DNA of 64,000 nucleotides from Chrysomallon squamiferum (lineage: Eukaryota > Animalia > Mollusca). The number at the start of each line of letters is the position of its first letter. Positions within the stretch are counted from its first letter, which is position 1. The translations under genes were made by a program, and so were the position numbers. Of the stretch, positions 38,521-51,096 are shown piece after piece. Location: NCBI GenBank assembly GCA_012295275.1, contig CM022665.1, positions 21,762,001 through 21,826,000 on the forward strand, written 5' to 3'. The notes below the pieces were generated by a model. It saw only the letters and a program-made list of their open reading frames with translations. It did no database searches and was not told the origin of the DNA.

Positions 38521-41500
38521 GAATTGATACAGAGAGTAATTTCATTATTTCTCTTCATGTGGCAACACTGGTTGTGTTGGGTAAGCGTTACTGACATCAC
38601 TATTTACAATATTGTACATGTTTTATATTTATGTGTAATTGTTAATTTACATGGTATCTTTTTGATAACTGTCATTCATTTCTTTAAACATAAATGTCTC
38701 AGTAATAATATATTTATGTCTTCAATATAACAAAACTATGAATGATAATTACAGGAATTTCATGTATATATGTATTTAAAAGGCATATGGTTCAATTATA
38801 ATGAATTTCTTATATATGTATAACAGATTTTTATAGAGACTTTTATACAATGTAATTACTTCTAGTTAATATAAGCAGCAGTAATGATAACAGGCAGATA
38901 TAAAATATTAGCATTAGTTTGCTATGTTTCCAAGTGCCAGAAATAAATAAATCACATCCATTAATTTCATGTCAGCTAGATGTTAATGTGTTCCTATAAA
39001 AAACAACAAAAGGCCTGCTATTACATAAAGAGTGGGCTTAAAATTCCAAACTGAAGTTAACTGCTTTTGTTAAAGATTACTTTTAACACATAGCATTGGA
39101 TGAAACTCAAATCAGTTAAGATTGAATGATCACCTATTTTATGTGGTTGATAGACTATTTCAAGTTTCATATTATTTTATTTCTACTTGAATATGTGATT
39201 ATGATATCATGTAATAATATGAATAGGGAATATTGAACTGTAGCTGTTTTATTCATAGATAACTCCTCACGGATCCATAACTAATGAACTTTAACAGTTG
39301 AGATTAATATTAAAATGCATGCAATAAATTTATCTAGAATGAAAGGTGGTTTAAATATATAATTACCATAGACATTCAATTACAATAATACTCAAACTAT
39401 ATCAAAAATGTTTGGTTTTTTTTGCTTAAGTTTCTGAAGAGTCTAAACATTGAAGATTTGAATAGCATTGTATGATTTATTAAATATATATTACTTTTCA
39501 TTCTAAATGTTAGATTTAAAAACAAATTCATATCATGATTAATAGTGTTTTTTATTTAAATGCTTGTCTCATCCCTGCTTATAAGATGTTACCTCCTACC
39601 ATGCATCTTCCAAAAATTAGCCCTGTAATGGATTTGACACAGAATGATTCCAGATACTTATGCTTCAAAACAGCCAATGAGCTCTATATGCCCAATGCCA
39701 TTTCTGTTACAATATATAATCGATAAATACATTAGTAAAATAAAAATTAATAAAACTAACTGCTGAAACCATGCATGATGTGATTATCATTGTTAAAATT
39801 TATTTTATATTCCTGGTTCTCCTCATCTCATATATTACCATTTTCTTTATCTCTTATGTCCAAATATAGTTCCTGTGTTTTAAAAATTAACTAATTAATT
39901 TATCAGACTAGTAAGTTATGTTACTGGGTAAGCACTATTATTATGTGTATGTTACCTACAAATTACCTACAGTAACAAAAATAATGATGTGGTCTAAACA
40001 CTAATTGTTTGTGCTGAGCAGTTTATATATAATTATGCAAGGTCATGAGATATAACTGCAGCAGATCTGCTTTGTCAAGCATGTTTAAAAGCTGACATAA
40101 AACCTGAGCATAAACCTGTACTGAATATAGGATAAACACATGCAGTAGGTGTGTCTGAGATATAACCAGGACTGGTCATATTTAATTTAGTACCGGAGTC
40201 CTCTTATTCCCCACCTGAAATTTGTGAAATGTAGATACTGAAAAAATGATTTTAATGGCTTCTATGTATGTGATAAAATATGTTGCTATTTTATATAAAT
40301 TAAGGTCCATGTAAAAATAATGAATTTAAAAAAAATATATTATTGACTATTTAGAATATCATGACATGCATGTCAGATACGAATATTAATTATCTATATT
40401 TATATTAATCTACTCGTATAACGACTAAACTGATTTGTACCAGGGCTGTTATACAGTGCAAATCAATTTTTATGAAGTGGTAAACCTCTTTGGACAATTA
40501 TCTCAACTACTGATTACTGTAAAATAAAATAAATGAAATGAAATGAAATGAAATAAAATAAAATAAAATAAAATAAAATAAATGAAATAAAATAAATTAA
40601 ATTAATTAATTATTGAAACGACTAAGTTAAACAAATAAATAAAGTGAAATAAATAAATATTTGCCAAGTACCCACGCTTCGCTCTCAATCTCTCTCTCTC
40701 TCTCTCCATATGCATACATACATATATATCTACACAAATGCTTACCCACCCAGCATTACATTTATAGATTTATCAGTATAGAAATACATTACATTATAGT
40801 CAATTTAAAAAAAGAAAATAAATGGCAGCAAAATTAAAAGAAATACAATGAAACCACAAAAGAAATACAATGAAACCACAAAAGAAATACAGTTTATCAT
40901 AATTTATTAACGATCAAATAGTACATAATTTGTAGAAAAAAATGCTTAGCATCTATAAATAATAATGGCAGTATAAAAAGAATACAAACATAGTATATAC
41001 AAAAACAAATGGGCATTGAAAACTACATTACACATCATTAATTACAAGTGTGGAAGAACATTAACAAAGTTACCATACTGTTTAGTATATTTCAGTGATG
41101 TTTTTAATGTAAATCTTTCAATAATGGTTTTGATTTAAGTCTTTTAATAGTGGTTTTGATGTAAATCTCTCAGCATTTCTTTTGATCTTTACACAGACAT
41201 TTTTCTGTGATTTTCTATGTTTATGTCACGTACACACAAATTAATATAATTATACAACTATTTTTCTCATCATATATATATACTTTGCTATGTAAATGCA
41301 TACATATTTCTGATATGCATGGCATATCTTAAAAGAAATGTTTGATCTATACAAATGCATATAAAATATATTCAATATTTGTATTAAAATGTACAATTCA
41401 TATGAAATCAAAATAAATAAAACTGTCTTCTCAAGTCACCGGTAATAAGTATCATTTCTAATTAACATCAAGAAACTGCAAAAGAAATTAAATTATTTAG

Positions 41501-42001
41501 AAAATATTGAAACCCGTTCATTGGACATGTTGGTATACCAGTTTATAAGCTTGAATTAATGTGTATTAATGTATGAAAAACATACTTGAAACAAAAGTGA
41601 TGATACTAAAAACTGCTTATATTGTAAATGTACACATATAAAGTTGATAAACAGTAGTTAACTCCTGTTGTTTCTATTTCTACTTGAAATAATTTTGAAA
41701 CCCGTGAGTGCATCTTTTCACACATATACAAGAGCATTTGTTAAAAGTAAATTAACCTATTCTCTTACAACTCATTTCATGAAAATAATGGGTGTTTTTT
41801 TGTTTTGTTTTGTTTGTCTGGTACTTTTTGTTGTTGGGGGGGGTTGGGGGAGAAGACAAATCGTTCTGTCAGCTTCCAGTTAATTTCAGAAAACAGTTTG
41901 AACTGTAATCATTTGTAAAATACCAGCATTGTAGTCAAGATAATGTTATTCAGCAGAACATAAGACACCAAAGAGTATTTAGTGACGCAGATATTTTCAA
42001 A

Positions 42002-44398
42002 TTAAAAATGGAAGTAAAAGTCATCATTGACCTCAGACTGAGATACCACGTAATTGGCTGGCAGATTTCTTCTGAAGGTGCTAACTGTACTGCATGGTCC
42101 AGCGTGACTTTGACAGCACTCGCTGCCTTCCCCCATGTCGACGTCATCGTATCCAGTCGAAGTGGAATTGAAGTAGCAGGAAGACGTTGCCTGACTGCTC
42201 GGCACTCCGTAAAGCATGCCAGCCCATGCTGAGTAACCTGGAGCAAACTTCTTACCAAGCTTTTTAATCTGGTTCTTTCTGATACAGATGGCTATTACGG
42301 CAAAGAGAACGGTTACGGCGAGACTGCCCAGTGTGTACGCCCACATCAACGTCACAAATGATCGTCCTGACTGTTCGGATTCAGAATCGGCTTCCCGTTC
42401 TGATTCTGTGGCCTCAATCTGGCATTCTCTGGCTAGCGGAATTTCTTCTCTGGACAGCACTGTCAGACAGATCTCGTATTCGAAACCAGGATTAAGCTGA
42501 GCAAAAATATATCGTTCAGTATCCGTCGAGACAAGGATATCGCGCACTTCAAAGGAATCGTTTGTCCTACGAACCACGACCCTGTAGCCACCAATGTTGT
42601 GTGAGCTTGTGATGTTCCATCTGACTGACATTACTTTAGGCATTGAGCTGTCCACCTCCATGAAGACATTTGTGCCCATCAGTTCGACTGGAAGCAGTGG
42701 CGAAGGTTTGTCTTCAATGGATGTGGGAATTATGGGTAATGTTAAGCGTTCTTCAGACCATTTGCATTTAGATTCCTTAAAACGTCTCTTTTTGGTGCAT
42801 TTGAGATCTGAGAGTGAAAGAAGACGGAAAGGTTTGTCAGCAACAGATTTAGGATTAGCGCAAGTCCAGTCAAGCAGTGACCTTTGGAAGTCTGGATAAT
42901 GCATTCTCAGCCAGTTGTGAAGCCAAGCAAGTCTACAGTCGCACGTCAGTGGGTTTGACCCCAGTCGGATGTCACCAAGTCGTGTGAATCCTCCAAACGT
43001 ACATTTGGAAATAGTTGCTATCTTGTTTGAATGTAAATCTATAGATTCCACAGACATTTCCAGACCATCAAAAATATTTTCTTGGATTTTGGAAATGGAA
43101 TTTTTTGACAGATCCAGTTTCTGCAATGAGTTTAGTTTCTTAAAAATTCCTTCTGGTAAAGCATTGATGTTGTTTGACGAGAGGTTCAAAATTCGTAAAG
43201 CGCCAAGTTTTGTGAGAGATTCAAAATCTCTGCTTGTTAAATTAATGTTATTTAAACTTAAAGTTTCCAGCGATTTCTCAAGTCCAATAAAAACAAGTGG
43301 GTCGAACTTTCCACTCATAGATGTTCCATCTAAAAACAATTGCTTCAGCACCTTTTGTTGTGAAAAGGTTCCATTAAGGATTTGCTTTATTGGATTGCCG
43401 CTTAGTTTAAGAATCCTCAGATTTTTGCTGGTGCCTTTAAAAGCATCGGGCTTCAGACTAACAATTGCGTTATTACGGATATCAAGTTGTGTCATGATTT
43501 CAAGTTTATAAAATATTCCATTTGTGATTTTTGTAATGTTATTCTGTGCAATGTTCAGTTCTCGCAGATTTATTAACGATTTAATTGACAACAGAGCTTT
43601 ATTTTTCAAGAAATTATTTTCAAGTCGAAGAACTTCTAGGCTATATTCGAGACCTTTGAATGCATATTTTTCAACTGTTGTCATGGAATTTGATAGTAAA
43701 TCGATATAACGCAAATGCAGCAAACGATCAAAAGCATTGTTCTTAAGGATCCGGATGTCATTATCAGCCAAAACCAGCTTCCTCAGATCATACAGTTTGG
43801 TAATTTCTCTCAAATGTTCACTTTTGATGTTGTTATTTGACAAATCCAGCTCACGAAGATTCCTCAGAGATCCAATGCCACCAGGCTCTATATTTTTGAT
43901 GCGACATGATATAAGATGCAGTTCAACTAACTGCGTCATTGATGAGAATGTATCACTCCGCAAAGTCGGAACTCGACATCCAATAACTCTCAGTTTGGTT
44001 AACTTTTTCAGCCGTTTCAATGCCTTAATAGGCAAATCTTCCATGGCATATACTTGAATTTGCAGCTCTTCTAGGTAACTCTCAAGTCCGGAAAAAGCGT
44101 CATCATGCACCTGTGTTACAATATTGTCCGTAAGATCTATAGCCCGGATGTTCAAACCTCTGAAAGCGTTAGCCGGCAAGAATCGGATTGTGTTTTTACG
44201 AAGAGATAACTCATGAATTCTTCCTTCAAAAGAAAGGAATTTTGGAAGTTCTGTTAAATACAGATATTTACAGTTTATAACGAGCTGTCCGTCTTTCGGT
44301 TCACAGAGACAGGGATACGCAGGACAGTAAACAAAACCCGTTTCCCTCATTAAAATTGGGACGAACAGAAGAAAAACAAAAGATAATTGCTTCTGCAT
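42002..44398 (-). CDS. Leucine-rich repeat / LRRCT / fibronectin type III / transmembrane receptor (FLRT/ELFN/Fish-lips-like), 798 aa, single coding exon
   Basis: Signal peptide, LRRNT (CPAYPCLC...INC), many LxxLxLxxNxI repeats, LRRCT (NPLTCDCRLAWL...WTCANP...LKC), FN3 (MSVRWN...GYRV...LNPGFEYEICL), TM (VTLMWAYTLGSLAVTVLFAVIAICI), cytoplasmic tail; splice acceptor just upstream (tttcag at 44407-44412). Confidence 0.93.
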   Translation of the reverse strand: MQKQLSFVFLLFVPILMRETGFVYCPAYPCLCEPKDGQLVINCKYLYLTELPKFLSFEGRIHELSLRKNTIRFLPANAFRGLNIRAIDLTDNIVTQVHDDAFSGLESYLEELQIQVYAMEDLPIKALKRLKKLTKLRVIGCRVPTLRSDTFSSMTQLVELHLISCRIKNIEPGGIGSLRNLRELDLSNNNIKSEHLREITKLYDLRKLVLADNDIRILKNNAFDRLLHLRYIDLLSNSMTTVEKYAFKGLEYSLEVLRLENNFLKNKALLSIKSLINLRELNIAQNNITKITNGIFYKLEIMTQLDIRNNAIVSLKPDAFKGTSKNLRILKLSGNPIKQILNGTFSQQKVLKQLFLDGTSMSGKFDPLVFIGLEKSLETLSLNNINLTSRDFESLTKLGALRILNLSSNNINALPEGIFKKLNSLQKLDLSKNSISKIQENIFDGLEMSVESIDLHSNKIATISKCTFGGFTRLGDIRLGSNPLTCDCRLAWLHNWLRMHYPDFQRSLLDWTCANPKSVADKPFRLLSLSDLKCTKKRRFKESKCKWSEERLTLPIIPTSIEDKPSPLLPVELMGTNVFMEVDSSMPKVMSVRWNITSSHNIGGYRVVVRRTNDSFEVRDILVSTDTERYIFAQLNPGFEYEICLTVLSREEIPLARECQIEATESEREADSESEQSGRSFVTLMWAYTLGSLAVTVLFAVIAICIRKNQIKKLGKKFAPGYSAWAGMLYGVPSSQATSSCYFNSTSTGYDDVDMGEGSECCQSHAGPCSTVSTFRRNLPANYVVSQSEVNDDFYFHF

Positions 44399-45313
44399 TT
44401 TTAAATCTGAAAATAGAAATAAAAATTAATTAACAATAAATAAACATAAAAGTTCTAAAATAGCAGCAGACAGAATAAAATACGAACATCCCTGAAAGAT
44501 GTTTCAAAATATGTGCTGTTCAGTTTTTCGTAATACTACTTAATCTACTACTAGTACTATTGTTAATACAAATACGTTTCTTATACAACTGCTACTGCTG
44601 TTTGCTTCTTATTAAATATATGTAACTTGTTTTAACGAGAACAGCTTCAACACATTGTTAAATTATACGGTACATTCCTTAAAAAACAAAAATCAAGGAA
44701 ATAAAAAATTGAAATTAATTTTTAACTATAGTTTTTATTGTTTTAGTAAAGTGTTAATTTGTATTATTACCATTTTCATTTATCCTTTATTTAAATTATT
44801 ATTATTATTATTTAACAATCACGACTGTAATGATACATTTACGAGGGTGACATAACTAAAACAACCACAACGAAATGCTAAATGTTTTATTATTTGGTGA
44901 CTTCCACACGTTATTTTACGAACAATTCATAAAAATGTGAAGTTCAGAAGCATTATCCTCCAGCAAACACGTGAACAAGGTAACCAAAGTGATCGACTTA
45001 GAAAAGATATCAGACAGCTGATAAACGCAGTCTGTGCAAAACAATGTTTATTCGTCCTCTGCGATATCCACAACATCAATCCGTCTGCCGTGAAGATAAA
45101 TAACAAGAAGTTCTCATTGTGGCACAAAAACAAACCCATCCGAAGATGGCAGTTGGTGGATTTTAGAAAAAGGGTAGGTGTGCGGTATCACTGTGATAAT
45201 GTAACTTCGAAAATGAATTAAGTTAAAGAAAATATTTGTGGGAAAAAATACTTCTACTACTATTACTACTAATAGGAGTAATAACGAAGAAGAAGAACAA
45301 AGAAGAAGCATTG

Positions 45314-45347
<34 letters not shown>

Positions 45348-46860
45348 GATTATTTTTTGAACAGACGCAATTAATTATGCAGCAGTTGCAAAATTTATTG
45401 GTGAAAGTCGTATTGTATCGTAAAGTTTATTTTTTTTTTTTTTTTTTTAGTATTTATTAATTTATTTGTATAACCTTTATGTATAAAGTTATTTCCTCTT
45501 CAGTTTTTGTGGGGTTTTGGTTTGTTTTTGTTTTATTTATTTATTTATTTACTTTTGCCTTTACCTTTTTCAAATTTAATATTTTGTTTAAATGAACCTG
45601 GTTCTGAAACAAAATTTATTTTCCACATGTTCTTTCTCTACAGATTAATGTATCGCTGTAGGGGAAATGAACAAACAAATCACGTTTACACTGTGACAAC
45701 TTCCGTGAGCCTGTACATATACACAGGACTGCTCGTCTCCATTTAGTCAGGTAAAACTGTTGATAAGCACTGCAAAGAATACACAAGGAAATGCTTTCGC
45801 TAACAGCCGTCGTCTAACATATATTAAATCAACATGCAGTAAATTCCTTGTATAGTTCTGACACAAAAAGCACCACACATCAACGAATTTTGAGAACTAA
45901 ATAAACATTCATCTATTTTCGTTCCACCTCACTTTCACACTTTTTTTTTTACTCCGTCTTTCTGTGTTTCTGTATGTGGGGTTCTTTTTTTCTTGTTTTT
46001 TTTTGTATATTTACTTTTCTTTTTCTTTTTCTTTCTCTCCCTTTCTGTGTCTTAGATTCTCTCTCACACACATACACACACGCTCACACACTCACACACA
46101 GAGACATACACTTTACATTGCTCGTCTGTCTCTAGTTTTCTCATCTCAAAACATGCTTCCAAGTCTACTGTATAATATACATATTATAAGGTGTTATAAA
46201 GAAAATTCATAAATTTTATCACACACTACATAAACTGCTTATTATACAAGCATTAACAATGCTCGGAATATTCAGTAATGCTTTAGAAAGGACAATCTTG
46301 CTTTTAGTTCTTTGTCAATCAAGTAGGAGGTCAATTTGTCCTTCTTTTGAAGTGTGTCTAAAAAACATATAAATTGCCTTACTTTATTTCTTACCTTTTC
46401 TGAATATTCATTTCGTGCAATTTTTTATTTTTACTGAATGAAAACTTTTGTTTAATACCTAGAGGGCATTTTAGAAATTCATTTTAGAAAAAAATCAGAT
46501 TATACTAACATTTGACAAATAAATTCTCCTAAGTATATTTTCGACGGCTTTTTATTTACTTCAGCTCATACAGTATATTTAATTTAAATCGTCAGGCTTT
46601 AATAACTAATTTGTCAAGTATTATAATTTATAATTAATGCTTAACCATGTCTCTCACACGCGGGCGCGCGCACACACACACACACGCACACACAGTGACT
46701 GTGTCGTTCATTTTGAAGATGTGGAAACTACCACCTAAATTTAGCAGTGACATTACAAGGAAGTGGTCTTATCATATCGTCATTAATTGTTAATCGTACG
46801 TGTGTACGTGCTAAAATGCGCATTCTATTTAATATAATGTCATCTTTTATCTTTATTTAC

Positions 46861-47096
46861 AAACAGAAGTGCGTAGAAGAGAAAGAGGCTTTCACTTTCG
46901 TAATGACTGAACAAAAAAGAGAAAATAACGGGTTTCTACGAATCACAAGGGAAAGCCTCTTTCTCTTTTACGCATTTCTGTTTAAAATAAAAATAAAATA
47001 TGACGTTACATTAAACAGAAGTGCGTAGAAGAGAAAGAGGCTTTCACTTTCGGAATGACTGTACAAAAAAGAGAAAATAACGGGTTTCTACGAATC
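46861..47096. repeat. 84-bp direct repeat x2 (period 152 bp)
   Basis: aaacagaagtgcgtagaagagaaagaggctttcactttcg...cgggtttctacgaatc at 46861-46944 and 47013-47096, two mismatches. Confidence 0.9.
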
Positions 47097-47429
47097 GAAA
47101 GGGAAAACAGGGAAAATGCCGTTATGTGAGTCTTCGTTTATCGTTATGCAGAGTTTATCACGTAGGCGGGAGTATATGACAGCAGTAAAACCGATCAAAT
47201 AGATATATCTAAATGTAGTAACACTATTGTGTAACGTACATGTGATACGTACGGTATTCAGCTTAAAGAGATATTATCGATTTCTAACAGACGCATGTTA
47301 GGGGTATTTATTCATTGATTTGTTAGAAATAATAATATGAATATCGGAGTTATTGGCACAGTATCAATATTTCTTTGTAGTAACAGAAATAATGGTAGTA
47401 GCAGTAGTAGTAGCAATATTAATATTTAT

Positions 47430-47509
<80 letters not shown>

Positions 47510-47637
47510 CAACGTTGTTATATTGTTGAAAGTTTAAATCATTTTTCCAATGAATATTGAACATCTTTGAACTAAATCTAAGATCATTCTCTAGTAGAAT
47601 GAATATTTTACCTTACATCTTCATTGTTATATATATA

Positions 47638-47673
<36 letters not shown>

Positions 47674-49818
47674 TGATCTAGTAATAATAATAATCATTAT
47701 AATCATCATCATTATCATCAAAAATTGCTTTTCTTTGGAAAAAAAAAGAAAGAAGAAGAAAACGATGATGTATTTAACTGACCAAATTTTTTTAAGTTTT
47801 CTTTTAGAACAAAAGTAATAAAATACATCGATACATCATATCGTTAACAATATCATAACTGTAAACAACTCTCACCTGTGATTATATCTGTCCTGACAGT
47901 GTATTAACATAAACCATTCAGGTAACAAGACATTCTCAGCACAATACCTTATCTTGTCTAATCTTACACTCTAATCTGCGATAATCTTTTAATTCACCTC
48001 CTCTTCAAATGTAGCCGGTATTTACCTGACTGCCACGCGAGACAGGTAAATCTATTGTCTTCCAATCATCTGGCTCCTTCTACTGTCGGGAACAATTTCA
48101 GGAAATGCCTGCAGGGTCCGCCTCGCGGAAGGAACAAATATGGGAACATTTACATGTTTCATTTGCTCTGTCAACGCGTTCCATCTATCGCTGTTAGATT
48201 ATTGCTGACAGATCAACATGAATCCAAGTCCGAGCAGTTTTCAGGAGAATATTATCGTAAGAGAAAAGAATGGGGTCTTTGTTTTCGTTGTGGAAGACAT
48301 TTTTTTTAATCGGTTTGCTTACAAATATTTGGGCATTATTTTGCAACGTGTCTCAAATTTGGAGTATCTGTTTGCTTTTCTTAGTGTTTGTAGGTTCAAA
48401 TAGACGAACTTGATTATGTCGCAATTAGTGTAAATGTTTTAAGCAATTAATATCTCACATTTTGTTTTTATAGCTTTCGTTAGGACACCAACAAGGAACT
48501 GAAACGCCTATCTGTGTGTGTTTTTCAAACAACTATCAAAATGCAAGTTTAATTACCTGCCTGTCTGTCATCTTTACCTTTAATTATTTATGTGTATCTT
48601 TCATTACAGGAATTTCCGGTAATACAGTAATAATTACCTCAGAATAATAATAATAATATTTTAAAGCAATTTTACTGTTAAAATTAATAAAATCATGGAT
48701 TTCGTTACTCGTGACGGCCCATAAAACCATATCTCGTCCAAGCCGGGTTTATTTTTAGAAAGACCCAACTTGGAACGTATATTCTTTGAATTTTCCTATG
48801 TTCATTTAAATAATAATAATAATAATAACAACCTTCATGCAAACAATCAGTTAAAGAGATTTTAAATTCACATTATAATAAATTTAAACCCGCTTACAAA
48901 AAAACAAAAAAAAACAACAGTTACCTAATACGGACTTCCTCGTGTATGTTTACATACATATTGTTTTTCATTCATTCAAGGCTTTTCTGATAGCATTTAT
49001 TTCAAGAAGGTCAAAATTCTTTTTGCTACGATTCCTTGTCGTGTTTCAAATTCTAAATCTCATCTGAAACCGAGGTCGATCAATAGTCGTATTCGGCTAT
49101 TTTGTTTGCAAAGAGTTTTCCTCGAAATATAATTGTATTGATTAGATGTTTAAGACAGAAAAGTCTATTTGCTGACGTACAACGAGTTATAGAACGAAAT
49201 TTGCAAAATATTAAGAAACAGATCTTTAGAAGTCTCAAAAAAATAAAAAAATAAATCTTTAAAATAATTAGTTTATTACAAAAAAAGCAGAATAAAGTGT
49301 AGTACATACTGATGTTTGATGATTTCTTTACCATATTTAACCATCCTAACTTCTGAAATAGCTTTTATCATATCGGATATGTTAACTGCGAATTTTAATA
49401 TTGTTAACAGTTTAAGAAAACGGTAAATAATTTTTTTTTTTTTTTTTTTTTTTTAAATAAACAATTATTCTGAAATAGTATCATCATCTAAGACATAATA
49501 ATTATTATTTGCTAACTTTTTATACTTTTGTCCATTTATGTTTACTGTAATCCAATAAGATACATGGTTCACTTTTCACTTTTTTCCCCAGATACTTAAT
49601 ACAAGTAAAGAATGTGTGACGTTAGGGGCAAATTTACTAACGTGCTGACTTAACTATAACCTGAACAAACCATATCTTTTCTCTCTGTGTTACACAAATA
49701 AATTAATTAATTAAAAAATAAAATTTTCACTAAATAAACATCAATTAAAATTAAAATGATTTATATTAGGATTTATTATTATTGTTGTTGTTGTTGTTGT
49801 TGTTGTTATTGTTATTGT

Positions 49819-49850
<32 letters not shown>

Positions 49851-49939
49851 TTATTTATTGATTTATTTATTATTTTATTATTATTATTATTCATTTATTT
49901 GTCATTGTAGCATACCATTAGGTGTGAACAATGTTTATC

Positions 49940-49988
<49 letters not shown>

Positions 49989-50702
49989 TTTATCACCGAA
50001 TGGCATTCGTAACAGAGTGTATGTAAACTTTCCACGAATTTCTGTTTTCTGCTTAAGTGACATTACCTCACTTAAACTAGGAATGTACTTGCTCACAAAA
50101 AACAAGTTTCAACCAGTATAATCAAGTTTTAACGACTGTCTTTGGCTGCTCAATGCAACAGAATATTGATTACTTGTGAATCAGCCACTTGCAACAATTT
50201 CTTTTTTTTTTTTCTTTTTTTTCAGTCGAATTAGAATGAGAGAAACATTAACGAAAAAGAAGACAGGACGGTAAATTAATAAATAAGAACAAAAATCAAA
50301 TCTTTTCAAACAACATCTATTTATTAAAAACATTTTTTTTTTTTTTTTTTTATACTTCTACAAAAATTCATTGATAAAAATGTTATAGATCACAGACAGG
50401 TTTGTTTAAGATAAGTGAATTAATAATCTCAAAGAAATTTTGCTATTAATGTAACATATTAAATATATCACAGAAACAAATATAGATTTAAACAAAAAAA
50501 ATACTGTAATAAAATAAAACTATAACAAGCAAAAATATATAAATATAATTGGACACAGTGACTATATATTATTTTCTTTTATGGCTGACTGTAGATTATG
50601 CTGATCTGTGTACATTATTGCAGGTATTCTAAATAAATAATATTCGTAACCGTGTAGTTACGTAATATGTTTTACCGCATACTCTTTATATATATATATA
50701 TA

Positions 50703-50746
50703 TAAGGAAACTTTTTATTATATATATATAATAAAAAGTTTCCTTA
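50703..50746. repeat. Perfect 44-bp palindrome
   Basis: taaggaaactttttattatata|tatataataaaaagtttcctta. Confidence 0.95.
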
Positions 50747-51096
50747 ATAAAACAACAAATTTTGATTAAATATATTACAATGTAAAACAGCAACAAACCA
50801 TTAGAAAAGAAAAGAGAAAAAAAGAGAAGATGAAAAGATAAAAAAAGGAACATGTACAAAGAAACAAATCACAGGAAGGATAGGGGAAATATATGAAATA
50901 TGTATTTCAGGAAAAGGGAAGTTAACAGTATTGTGAGTAAATTAGTTTCAATGTGAAACGAAAGATTAGTTTAAAGCACTGTTTATAAATAACAACAATC
51001 AGGCATAATTTAAAAAAACAAAAACAAAAAACCTGAAGTAAAATAATAATTTGAAATGGAGAAAAATAACACGATCGTTTCAGTTCGGTTTCTTGT

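Noticed and set aside
41950-44057. Several 60-180 aa ORFs overlapping the LRR gene
   Set aside because: Antisense/alternate-frame shadows of the long LRR CDS.
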